From: a virus
IMG/VR virus record: IMGVR_UViG_3300025120_010645
Coordinates: 2,385-66,384 of that record
Strand: one strand, 5' to 3'
Length of the DNA stretch: 64,000 nucleotides
Positions 1 to 10,100 of this stretch are shown here, in pieces. The notes under the pieces were generated by a model. That model did no database searches, was not told the origin of the DNA, and worked only from the letters and a program-made list of their open reading frames with translations. Both the position numbers and the translations under genes were made by a program. How positions within the stretch are numbered: position 1 is the first letter of the stretch; each line of letters opens with the position of its first letter.

Positions 1-778
1 TTACATTAACTGAATTACCATCATTTCTATTAAGAATAATTGTGCTTCCAGAGTATGTACCACCAGTAACAAATGTATCATCTGAAACATTTACCCACGC
101 TGAACCATTATATCTTTGCAAACTATTTAAATCAGTATCAAATACCATTAAGTTGGTATCTGGCGAACTGATAGCATTCTTTTGAGCGGTTGTCAAACGT
201 GGCATTAACATTCCATCTGTTGTGGTGGATAGGTTTAATTTACCTTGTATAGTACCACCTTTTTTAAAGGTAAAATTATTTGCCTCAAATTTATATTCCT
301 CACCCCCCGAAGTTAAATCTAAAGAAATTCCACTTGCATTTTTTGCATATAAACTAAAATTATCAGTATCTGGTCTATAAAGTAATGCTCCATAATAACC
401 ATTGGATGTATCATGAAACCCCAATCCAACAAATGACTGATTATTAGAATAAACTGCAATATTACCCGTGTTACTTCGCCAATTTGCGTAAAAGTCAACG
501 TTACCACTATTAGCGACATTTAAAATAGTATTATTACTCCCATCAAAAGCCCTAAAAGCGGTTGATGTACTTGCTGTATTTATACCTTTTACTTGTAAAG
601 CACCTCCATCAAATCTTATATAATCAGTTAGAGTCGCAACTCTTCCTGTTCCTATTGTACCATTAGAGGTGTATATTGAATCACTAGTTATACCAGTTAC
701 ATTAACTGAATTACCATCATTTCTGTTAAGTATAATTGTACTTCCAGAATATGTACCACCAGTAACAAATGTATCATC
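1..778. repeat. In-frame 82-bp direct repeat (1..82 and 697..778)
   Basis: 78/82 identical by manual alignment, offset 696 nt (232 codons). All 4 mismatches are synonymous; both copies encode DDTFVTGGTYSGSTIILNRNDGNSVNV. Confidence 0.9.
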
Positions 779-2155
779 AATACCAGTTAAATTAGAACCA
801 TCACCATAATAAGTTGTACCAGAAACATACCCACTTACACTTAAATCGTCATCTATAGACCATAAATCTGTATTTTCTAACCAAAGTATTGATTTAGTAT
901 CACCACTACCCCTAAGTACTTCAAAACCAGAGTTTAATACAGGTGTGGTAGAACCAGTAACGTTAGAATTAAGAGTAATTATATTATCTTTTATTAATAC
1001 TTGTTCACTATTAATAGTAGTGGCAGAACCTATTATATTAACATCACCGTTAATTAATAAATTACCATCTACAGTTAAACCACTTAAATTATCTATTGTA
1101 GTTCCTACACTAGTACCATTATTTAGCGCTATATTTAATTGATTATTTGTAAATGTAGTACCAGTTACAAATGTATCTACTGAATTAGCTTCTCTATATT
1201 TAATCTCACCATTAGATGAATCTCTAACCAATAACTGCGTTAATGTATTATCTAATAACGGAGTTCCACTAAATATAATTTTAGTCTCTACAACTAAATC
1301 ATCTTTTACGCTAATCGGTGAGCAACCATTTATATTTGTGACATATAAGTCAGTGATACAATTACCAGAACCACCAGAAAATACTATATCACTAATATTT
1401 AAAGGAAGATTAATTCCGTCATTTCTTTCTATTGTTAATACATTCCCACTTCTAGTAAAGCCAGATACAAAAGTATCATTAGTATCAAGAGCTGATAAAT
1501 CAGCGGTATAAGCCGAAAGAGAGTCCTCTCTATCAAAATATATAATATTACCGACAAGTGTAGCGCCAGTAGTGTAGTCATCAGTGATACCACTTATCTC
1601 AAAACTGTCACCATCATTCCTTGTTATAGTTATTGTATCAGTAATATCATTATATGTACCACCAGTAGAAAATGTATCATTAACGTCAATAGTTGACAGG
1701 TCTACAGTAAATGCAGATAATTGGTCATTCCTATCAAAGGTAATAAGATTAGTATTATTATTATAAGTTCCACCAGTTGTAAAAAAATTAGTTATACCTG
1801 TAACAACAATACTATCCCCGTCATTTCTAAGAAGACTTAATGAATCCCCAATGTCATTAAAAGTACCACCAGTTACAAATGTATCGTTAGCATTAACTAT
1901 ATCTAATATATTAGTACCACCAGATAATATAATAGAAGCATCAATCGTGTTAGCACTTAAGCTATTATTTATTAAAGTATCACCATTAATAGTTACACCA
2001 CTATATAACTCTATAAAAGTATCACCACTACAAGCTAATACTTTACTGGTATAAACACCAGTACAAGCTGAAATCGTTGGGGTACCTGCAGTTAATTCAA
2101 GAGGTTCAATAATGAACGTTTTGTTTATATTTTTATTACTATCACAATTAGCCAT
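1..2155 (-). CDS. Tail-fibre-like / virion structural protein with DTFVTGGTY...RNDG repeats (3' end runs off the window)
   Basis: Manual translation from ATG at 2155 (MANCDSNKNINKTFIIEPLELTAGTPTISACTG...) stays open to the window edge, about 718 codons. It has repeated DTF(V/S)TGGT(Y/F)...RNDG units, a KDNIITLNSN module, YYGDGSNLTG, and a GMLMPRLTTAQKNAISSPDTNLMVFDTD...YNGSAW module typical of Bacteroidota surface and phage fibre proteins. Absent from the ORF track because there is no stop in the window. Confidence 0.8.
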   Translation of the reverse strand, partial: MANCDSNKNINKTFIIEPLELTAGTPTISACTGVYTSKVLACSGDTFIELYSGVTINGDTLINNSLSANTIDASIILSGGTNILDIVNANDTFVTGGTFNDIGDSLSLLRNDGDSIVVTGITNFFTTGGTYNNNTNLITFDRNDQLSAFTVDLSTIDVNDTFSTGGTYNDITDTITITRNDGDSFEISGITDDYTTGATLVGNIIYFDREDSLSAYTADLSALDTNDTFVSGFTRSGNVLTIERNDGINLPLNISDIVFSGGSGNCITDLYVTNINGCSPISVKDDLVVETKIIFSGTPLLDNTLTQLLVRDSSNGEIKYREANSVDTFVTGTTFTNNQLNIALNNGTSVGTTIDNLSGLTVDGNLLINGDVNIIGSATTINSEQVLIKDNIITLNSNVTGSTTPVLNSGFEVLRGSGDTKSILWLENTDLWSIDDDLSVSGYVSGTTYYGDGSNLTGIDDTFVTGGTYSGSTIILNRNDGNSVNVTGITSDSIYTSNGTIGTGRVATLTDYIRFDGGALQVKGINTASTSTAFRAFDGSNNTILNVANSGNVDFYANWRSNTGNIAVYSNNQSFVGLGFHDTSNGYYGALLYRPDTDNFSLYAKNASGISLDLTSGGEEYKFEANNFTFKKGGTIQGKLNLSTTTDGMLMPRLTTAQKNAISSPDTNLMVFDTDLNSLQRYNGSAWVNVSDDTFVTGGTYSGSTIILNRNDGNSVNV

Positions 2156-2170
2156 TATATAGTTATTATT

Positions 2171-3223
2171 TTAAATTATTTTACCCGTTATCGTAAACTT
2201 AGCTTCAGTTCCCAAGACCTTATTTACCTTTATATATATAGTATCACCAGCGGTAACAATAAAATCACTAGTAAGGTCTAATCCATTTAACACCCCAACA
2301 CCGTTAACGGATATAAATATATTAGACATACCCCCAGCGTTTATTATAGTGGTATATTTTGAATCATATTCAGCAACATAACTAAAATAAGAATTAGCTT
2401 GAGGTTTAAATATTATATTATAACTAAATGTACCGTCATTTTCATTAACAGCACTAGTTACCCTAGGTGTTATTGGAGTTTCTAACACCTCAGTCATAAC
2501 TAAAGCTCTATTTATTGCTGGAACAACAGTAAAATCATCCTCATCAATAATAAACCCTTCTAATACAATTTCAAATGGTTGAACATAAAACCTTCTATTT
2601 TCAAAATCATCAATATTACTTTCATCTCCAACATTATTTAATAATAAAGGCATTGGATGACCTTTAACTCTAATATAATATTGAATAGAATTAAAAGCTT
2701 TTAATACTTTAACATTAAACTTATTTAAATCCCTCATTTTATTTGAAAAGATTCTAACTTCATAAGTTATATCAACAGATGTTGGTTGAGGAACCTTATA
2801 CACGTCTATACCTTTTCTACCACCTTCAAAGGTTGGAACCTTATAGTATGTCCAACAATTCCTACCTGGTATATTATATAAACCAGATTGGTTATTACCA
2901 ACCTGTGGATTTGGTTGCCTAACTATTGTAATAAAAGGCATTTTAATATTTTTATATTTATCAGAATGTTGCCAAGTTTTACTAAATTCTGACCACCTCT
3001 GAAGAGTTAAAAATATAACCTGTACTTTTTCACCGTCAACCGTAAGAGTTAAATCTTTATCTACAAATTCTATGAATGATTTATCCATATCTTCGTACAT
3101 AACACCTCTAGGTAAAAAAGTCCCACCCTTACTGAAATCATCAATAAGTTGCTCTCTTCTAGCTAAACCAGTTTTAGGTTTTACTATTCTTATATTTTTT
3201 CTAAATCCTTTAGGTAATGCCAT
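2171..3223 (-). CDS. Putative tail terminator / tail completion protein (T4 gp15-like)
   Basis: PFITIVR...PTSVDITYEVRIFSNKMRDLNKF resembles gp15-family motifs; lies directly downstream of the gp14-like gene. Confidence 0.5.
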   Translation of the reverse strand: MALPKGFRKNIRIVKPKTGLARREQLIDDFSKGGTFLPRGVMYEDMDKSFIEFVDKDLTLTVDGEKVQVIFLTLQRWSEFSKTWQHSDKYKNIKMPFITIVRQPNPQVGNNQSGLYNIPGRNCWTYYKVPTFEGGRKGIDVYKVPQPTSVDITYEVRIFSNKMRDLNKFNVKVLKAFNSIQYYIRVKGHPMPLLLNNVGDESNIDDFENRRFYVQPFEIVLEGFIIDEDDFTVVPAINRALVMTEVLETPITPRVTSAVNENDGTFSYNIIFKPQANSYFSYVAEYDSKYTTIINAGGMSNIFISVNGVGVLNGLDLTSDFIVTAGDTIYIKVNKVLGTEAKFTITGKII

Positions 3224-3227
3224 CTAA

Positions 3228-3752
3228 TTATAATCCTCTAAATTCTTGCTCATCAACGGGAGCACACTTAATAGTTCTGTAAGCGCCTTTATACCCCATT
3301 ATTGTATGTTTATTATCGTAATTCTTAATACCGTCATTTGTTACAGAAAAATATCTAACTTCAGTTTCACTAACTGGGTAACCTATATAATCACCGTAAC
3401 TCAACTCGGCGTCAAGCTCAGCTAATTGAGAAGTATATATCCCAAATGTTAAATTACCGTCCTGTAAATACCTGAGACTACCAGCACTATTATTATAAGT
3501 TTTATTTTCAGCCTCTTCAAGATTTGGTATTACTTTTAATTCCACTGGTGGGAAAAATTTAACACCATCTTTAGGTGCCTCACCGTATAAATCATCAGAA
3601 GATGTATTTTCTCTATCAACTCTATATAATATAACAGTAAAATTACCGTCACCTTCGATAGCTTCCCTACCCATTGATATATCCAAATCAAAATCTTCAT
3701 TAGAAAAAAACTTGTTTACTCGGTTTATAGGAATTTTTCTTGGTGTTGACAT
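3228..3752 (-). CDS. Putative head-closure / neck protein (T4 gp14-like)
   Basis: VILYRVD...DDLYGE...FFPPVEL pattern, size and position beside the gp15-like gene; preceded by the late motif. Confidence 0.5.
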   Translation of the reverse strand: MSTPRKIPINRVNKFFSNEDFDLDISMGREAIEGDGNFTVILYRVDRENTSSDDLYGEAPKDGVKFFPPVELKVIPNLEEAENKTYNNSAGSLRYLQDGNLTFGIYTSQLAELDAELSYGDYIGYPVSETEVRYFSVTNDGIKNYDNKHTIMGYKGAYRTIKCAPVDEQEFRGL

Positions 3753-3762
3753 ATCTTTTTAG

Positions 3763-3770
3763 ATAAATAT
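3763..3770 (-). promoter_or_regulatory. Putative late promoter motif ATATTTAT
   Basis: 10 nt upstream of ATG 3752; the same 8-mer precedes 13 mostly structural genes/operons. Confidence 0.65.
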
Positions 3771-3798
3771 TTGAAAATAAGTAATAATTATAAAAGAC

Positions 3799-3827
3799 TT
3801 GATTTTTTATTGAAAATTACCTATATT
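3799..3827 (+). promoter_or_regulatory. Sigma70-like promoter TTGATT-N17-TATATT
   Basis: Read directly upstream of the helicase gene. Confidence 0.5.
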
Positions 3828-3857
3828 AAGACTATAAGGCTTTTAATAATTTAAAGG

Positions 3858-5723
3858 ATGGATTTAAGTAATATAAATAGTGTGAGTTCAATTTCAATAC
3901 TAAGAGAGTATAACGGAAAGAACCCTTACATTAAAAATTTAAAAAATAAACTAGAAAAAAACGGTAAAATAAGTCTGACCAATAACCAAGCTAGCTACAT
4001 TGTTAATAATCACGAATTCAAACCTAAGTTAATTAACAAAATTGTAAACATTACAGAATATCTAGGTAATGAATTAAAAAAATCTGAAAACCTAACATTT
4101 GTACCAGAAAAAATATTAATAGACTATCTATTAGCTGACAACGACAAGACATATCACATATTTGGTAAAGTAAAAAGAAATCAAAAAAATGGACAAATGT
4201 ACTTTATACCAAAGTCACAACTAATTGATGATTTTTTATTTGAAGAAAAAGAGGTTGATGTCGATTTCAAACACTATGAAAGTATTGACACAATGGTACT
4301 ACCCGACGGAACCGTAGGTAGAAAATTATATGATATACAAAAAACTGGAATTAAATTTCTATTATCTAGAGAGGGCTGCTTATTAGCTGACGATATGGGT
4401 GCTGGAAAGACTATACAGTCAGTTATATCAGCATTAGAATCTGGTGCTAAGAAAATACTTATCGTATGTCCTACAGCGGTTAAAATTAACTGGCAAAGAG
4501 AAATAAGTTACTTCGGGTGTGATGATTCAACAATTATATCTGGTAAAAAATGGGATAACAACGCTAAATTTACTATTATAAATTTTGACATCCTGAAAAA
4601 CTTTCATATGGTTCCAGGTGATAAGATAAAAGAAGAAGACATTTGTTGGGATAATCAACATCTAGTTAATTCTAATTTTGATTTAATTATTATTGACGAA
4701 GCTCATAAATTAAAAAACCATAAGAGTAACCGTGGTAGTATAATGAAAGACGTGTGTACCAACTACGGTAAAAAGAAAGTTTGGTTACTAAGTGGTACAC
4801 CAGTAGCTAATAGACCTATGGACTATTACAACCTTTTAAAACTAATCGGCTCTCCTATAGCTGACAATTGGAAACATTACGTACTAAGGTACTGTGATGG
4901 TAAACAAATAACCACAACTTTAAAAAACGGATATAGAAAGAAAGTATGGCTCACTAACGGAGCTACAAATTTAGAAGAGTTAGCTCTTAAAAGCAAAAAT
5001 GTATACTTAAGGAGGCTTAAATCAGAAATTGGTGATATGCCAGAAAAAACCATAATACCAGCTTATCGTAAACTAACCACTAAGCAATGGTCTGAGTATG
5101 AAGACCTTTGGGAAGAATATCTTGTTGAAAGAAAAAGAAAGAAAAAAAGTGGTGAACCAGAAAGGGCGCTTGTTGAATTAGGTCTTCTTAGAAAGTATAT
5201 CGCAATGCAATCTATACCTCATACTATAGAGTTAGTAGAAGATATGATAGAACAAGGTAACAAAGCTATAATCTTTACTAATTATACTGAAGAACTACAA
5301 GCACTTGTAAGTCACTTTGGAAATAGATGTGTTTTTCATTTTGGAGAAATGAATGATAAAAATAAACAAAAATCTATAGATAAGTTTCAAACAAATGATA
5401 AAGTCGAAGTATTTATTGGTAACATTATGTCAGCTGGTGTTGGTATCACCTTAACTAAAGCAACTTATGTTGTATTTAATTCTTTTGATTGGGTTCCAGG
5501 AAATAATGAACAAGCCGAAGATAGAGCTTATAGATTAGGACAAAAAAACAATGTAACGGTATACTATCAATTGTTTGAAGACACTGTATCTATTACGATG
5601 TGGCAAACACTTCATAGAAAGAAAAAAGTGATAGATATTATAATGGGTGAGCAAGAAATCAACGAAGAAGCTGCAATTGAAGTAATGCTTGAAGAAATAC
5701 TAAACGATTATGAAAAGAGTTAG
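3858..5723 (+). CDS. SNF2-family (SMARCAL1/HARP-like) helicase/translocase
   Basis: LADDMGAGKT (Walker A), IIDEAH (DEAH), LSGTP, GVGITLT, QAEDRAYRLGQ motifs. Confidence 0.92.
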   Translation: MDLSNINSVSSISILREYNGKNPYIKNLKNKLEKNGKISLTNNQASYIVNNHEFKPKLINKIVNITEYLGNELKKSENLTFVPEKILIDYLLADNDKTYHIFGKVKRNQKNGQMYFIPKSQLIDDFLFEEKEVDVDFKHYESIDTMVLPDGTVGRKLYDIQKTGIKFLLSREGCLLADDMGAGKTIQSVISALESGAKKILIVCPTAVKINWQREISYFGCDDSTIISGKKWDNNAKFTIINFDILKNFHMVPGDKIKEEDICWDNQHLVNSNFDLIIIDEAHKLKNHKSNRGSIMKDVCTNYGKKKVWLLSGTPVANRPMDYYNLLKLIGSPIADNWKHYVLRYCDGKQITTTLKNGYRKKVWLTNGATNLEELALKSKNVYLRRLKSEIGDMPEKTIIPAYRKLTTKQWSEYEDLWEEYLVERKRKKKSGEPERALVELGLLRKYIAMQSIPHTIELVEDMIEQGNKAIIFTNYTEELQALVSHFGNRCVFHFGEMNDKNKQKSIDKFQTNDKVEVFIGNIMSAGVGITLTKATYVVFNSFDWVPGNNEQAEDRAYRLGQKNNVTVYYQLFEDTVSITMWQTLHRKKKVIDIIMGEQEINEEAAIEVMLEEILNDYEKS

Positions 5724-5973
5724 ACTATACGGATATGATGAATGTCCTTACTGCCAAGAATTAAAAAAATTATACGAAAATAGTAATATAGAATTTACTT
5801 ACATTGATATTGAAGATTCTGAAAATAAAAAAGAATTTGAAAGAATTATGGAAATAGGTAAAACTGATAGCGTACCTATTATTTTAGTTAATAAAACTAT
5901 TCTAGCACCAGAAAACAGCTTTAAAACAATAAACGAAGCTCTTCAACTAACAAATAAATTTCTTAATGAATAA
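5710..5973 (+). CDS. Glutaredoxin-like protein
   Basis: CPYC active site, SVP cis-Pro motif, 87 aa. Confidence 0.88.
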   Translation: MKRVRLYGYDECPYCQELKKLYENSNIEFTYIDIEDSENKKEFERIMEIGKTDSVPIILVNKTILAPENSFKTINEALQLTNKFLNE

Positions 5974-5990
5974 GATTACTATTTTCTCAG

Positions 5991-5998
5991 ATATTTAT
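5991..5998 (+). promoter_or_regulatory. Putative late promoter motif ATATTTAT
   Basis: 15 nt upstream of the neck-protein ATG. Confidence 0.65.
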
Positions 5999-6013
5999 TA
6001 ATAAATAGATATT

Positions 6014-7156
6014 ATGAGTGTTAATAACGAAGACAAAACTAGAATATACGAACAGTTGAGAGTCTCTCTAGGTGCCCCACTAAGACAAATAGAGTTAACT
6101 GACGACATGTTGTGTACACTTCTAGGTATAGCAATAGAAGACTATTCACAATATGTTGGCGAGTGGCTTATAGAACATCAATGGCAATCATTACTAGGTA
6201 AGAGTGTTGATACGACAGACATGGCTTTTGCGTTAAGTGTTAGAGATTTTGACTTTATGACGCAATACACATACGCCTATTCTAAACAAGTTGGTCTACA
6301 AGCCAGAGGTCCATGGGAACTTAAAAAAGACTACATAGACCTAGAAGCTGGAAGACAAAACTATATAATACCAGCAGGTAGAGAAGTAAATGAAGTTCTG
6401 TGGATTACACCACCAACTACAAACATGGCTCTATTTGCAAATTACGGAGGTATAGACTACGGATTTGCTGGTGGGTTTGGACAAATGGGTAGTAGCGGTG
6501 GAGGCGGTTACGGCCTAGGTGGTAACGGTGGATATTACATATCACCAGCCTATGACATATTACTTACCGCATCAGATTTAAATTTAAAAAATAGAATACT
6601 AAGAAGTGAGTTAGTATATAAATTAACTGCTGGACCAGATGGTACAAGAATTCTACACTTATTAAGTGTGCCAGGTTCTAAATTAAGTTTTGGTCACGGT
6701 ATAGGTGGGGCTGGAAGTTCGGTAGGATTAAATGGTTGCCAAGTATGGTATCATTATTATGACACTAATAGTGATAATGTTGAAAACTGTAGAGATGAAA
6801 ACTCTGATATAATAAAGTTACCGAATGAAGTCCCGTTAGCTAAATTAGACTTCTCTAAATTTAATGAACCTACTAAAGTACTAATAAGACAATTATTTGT
6901 GGCTGAATCAAAAAGAGCTTTAGGTAGAACTAGAGGTAAATTTGGAGGTATTGTAGGTCCACCTGAAGCAGAAAGAACTATGGACTTTGACTCATTACTT
7001 TCAGAAGGTAATGAAGAAAGAAAGGCAATACTTGAACGTTTAGATACTAGATTAGAAAGACTGTCAACATCAAAACAAATTGAAAGAGCAGCTAATGAAT
7101 CTGAAAACTTAAATAAACATTTAAAATATAGACCATTAGGTTTTTACCTAAAATAA
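6014..7156 (+). CDS. gp13: Neck / head-completion protein (T4 gp13-like)
   Basis: N-terminal LGAPLRQIELTDD matches the gp13 LGAP..xELT motif; C-terminal LGRTRGKFGG...LLSEG..E is typical of the family. Confidence 0.75.
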   Translation: MSVNNEDKTRIYEQLRVSLGAPLRQIELTDDMLCTLLGIAIEDYSQYVGEWLIEHQWQSLLGKSVDTTDMAFALSVRDFDFMTQYTYAYSKQVGLQARGPWELKKDYIDLEAGRQNYIIPAGREVNEVLWITPPTTNMALFANYGGIDYGFAGGFGQMGSSGGGGYGLGGNGGYYISPAYDILLTASDLNLKNRILRSELVYKLTAGPDGTRILHLLSVPGSKLSFGHGIGGAGSSVGLNGCQVWYHYYDTNSDNVENCRDENSDIIKLPNEVPLAKLDFSKFNEPTKVLIRQLFVAESKRALGRTRGKFGGIVGPPEAERTMDFDSLLSEGNEERKAILERLDTRLERLSTSKQIERAANESENLNKHLKYRPLGFYLK

Positions 7157-7157
7157 T

Positions 7158-7182
7158 AAAGGGAGCAACGCTCCCTTTTTTT
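7158..7182. terminator. Bidirectional intrinsic terminator
   Basis: AAAGGGAGC-AAC-GCTCCCTTT hairpin plus T-run, between the convergent gp13-like and DNA polymerase genes. Confidence 0.85.
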
Positions 7183-10100
7183 TATGGTTTAATTATTAAA
7201 TCATCTGGGTTTTGATTTTTAATTGTCTCTAGGTCTTTAATACGACCTTTAATACTAGCAACGGCTCTTTCTTTAGTTGTACAAGCTTTATAGTAGTCAA
7301 CTTTACCTTCCTTAACTATATATTCCTCAACCCAATAACCATCAAGAACTTCAATCCAACCATCATCCTTCAATAACTTAATATCATTATCAATTTTTTC
7401 CATTTCACTTTCTGCATTATAAACTTCTTCTAACCACATATCGTATTTATCATTATCGTTAACATCTTCAAGGGTTTCGTAATACCTATTACGCTTTATA
7501 GCTAAATCTTCATATTTAAATATATCTTTAAAATCAGCCAATTCAACATCCCATTCATTAGAATTAAAATAAAAATTACCTATGTCATCTTTAACTAAAC
7601 TAACAAAATTAAGTTCTTTAGGTAATTTATTACTACTTCTTAATTTATCGTAATCCGAAACCTCAAGTCTTTCAAATACATCATTTAGTAGTTTAAATTC
7701 TTTATCTATAGCCTCAAGTCTTCTAATTCTTTCCCTTTCTTTCCAGTCATCCCTAAGACTAGTCCATTCACCTATTTCCATAAAGTTAGGAACTTTATTC
7801 ACAGAATCCCAGAACCTAATTTCCCTATCTTCCATTTTCATCAAGTCTTCATGATAATCATCTTGGTCTGAAGGTTCAAATGGTTTACCTGCGATTAACT
7901 CACATTGTTTTTTAGTGTATAGATTTTTCTCATCCAATTTAACAACCTTAGTCTTTTTATCTTTATATACATTTCTGATAATATCAGACCTTATTTCAGT
8001 ATCAAAACAAACCAATAAAGGTTTAATTCTTTTATTAAAATTATCTAAATATTTAGCGACATTATATTCATCGGTAGTATAATTCGGGTCCTCCTCAATA
8101 CTTTCTTTAGATAATAACTTACTATTAAATAATATTTCTATATTACCAGTTTCTTTATCAGTAACTTTTTTGATGTCACTATGAGATTTAGCCGTACCAG
8201 TGTTAACATAGTAAATTATATCACCTAAATCAACATTTAAATCATGCATCTCTATTAACTCCATATGAGCTTGTCTAGATTTATATCTACCAGCTTTATT
8301 TTTTTGTTTACAATAAACATCTACATAATTAGTTCTAGTCATCTTAACCTTAGATTTAGATGCTATTTTAACTACAGGAATTCTATAATTATATATATCC
8401 TCAACAGTTCTATGGTATAACTCTATAAATTCATACCCCTTACCGTGTAATAATAATTTAACACCTTCATTTATAAATTCTTCTATATATACAGGCATAG
8501 CTTTTGACTTAAGAGAATTACCTACAAGTTTAACCTTACCATCGATAAGGTTGCCATAATTCTTTCTAGCAAAATTAATAGTGGATTCACATATATCATC
8601 TATATCTAACCCCATTCTACCCTCCATGTATTTTTCATTAAATTCAGCTAAAACAGCATCAACACCTTTAAGTGTTTGCCCTTTTTCATAATTTTCAGTT
8701 TTCCAATGTGAAGCTTGACAAATATATTCAACATCATCAATTGAATCTGGTATAGAAAAGTTAAAACCATCCGTATCACCTACTAACGCCCTAAATTTAT
8801 ATTTATCAGTAAAATGTCTAACCATAAGTCTTAAAGACTGTCTACCTCTACACGTTGTCTCTTCAGCACAATCTGAATCACCCCAGTTAAATATATAAGG
8901 GGCACCATAAGCACCAAAAAACGAGTTAGCTAAAATCTTTAACGGTAATTGCTTTTTATCATAACCAGAAGCTAATTTCTTATTATAACCAATCATTTCT
9001 TTAGCCTTAGCTATCCTTTCTGGTGTTAACTTATGTATATTTTTATCTAAAAGACTCTGTAATTTCCTAGATTCAGCTTTATGTTTACCAGTAAGGAATT
9101 TAAACTCATCTCGTTTATCAACAACATACGTCAATAAACCCTCCATAACACCAGATATATCCAAATCTGGAAATATACCCCAAGTAAGTTGTGTTTTTGG
9201 GTATAAAGCAGCGAAATCAAGTTTAACAACCCTCTTAGCATAACCAACCTCAATCAATCTAGCAAGACCACCAACAAAGTTTCTTTTCTTTTCTAAATCA
9301 GGTACAGCCAATTCATTCTCATATGACCAAGCAGCCATAATCAACTTCCATTGTCCAGCAGTACCCATAGTAGAACTTCTCATGTAAGACGTTGGTAATA
9401 ATTTAGCTATTAAATAAGCAGCTTGATTGTATATACCGTCAATCTGTTCAGTCTCCCAAAGGTCATCTAACAAATAACGTTGAACTATATAGTCACCCCT
9501 CTTAATCCCATAACCTTCTTTTAAAGGTTTATCCTCAGTTATCTTATACCAATCACCATTACCATCGTTAAAAGCGTGGTCCGACTTATCCAACCAAGTC
9601 TTATTGATTATATTACCAGGAACATAAACCCTATTCTGCTTAGCTACACCAGAATACTCTGTAATATATTTAAGACCCCAAGATTTAATATCTGAATTTA
9701 TAGCTTGTGCTCTACGAACAGAATGTGATATATCTAGGATATTATAACCCCACATATAAGTCTGTTTGTAATACTCTTGCTCACCACCAAGCTTTATTAT
9801 AGCATCTTTCCACCTTATTTTAGCTTTAGGTTTTAAGGTCTTAGCAATCTTAGTTATATCTAACCCTAGTCTATCACATCTTTTCTGAAAGAAAGGCCAA
9901 TCAAAGTTTTCAGAGTTATAAGCAGTTATTATATCTGGAACTAACTCACTAATAATAGAGAAAAACTTTTTTATGTTATACCTTTCTGAATCTCTTTTTT
10001 CTTTAGGTGTATCACCCAAGGTTTCTAAGACAACTTCATACCCCTTATTATCTCTGATACCTATTTGAAATATAGCATCGTTATTAGCGTCTAATCCTTC

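Noticed and set aside
1-778. 82-bp repeat pair as a DGR template/variable repeat
   Set aside because: Both copies are coding, the differences are synonymous and not adenine-specific, and no reverse transcriptase is in the window.
319-2054. Short ORFs 319-519(-), 945-1142(+), 1584-1766(+), 1851-2054(+)
   Set aside because: They overlap the long open minus-strand fibre gene 1..2155 and are shadow frames.
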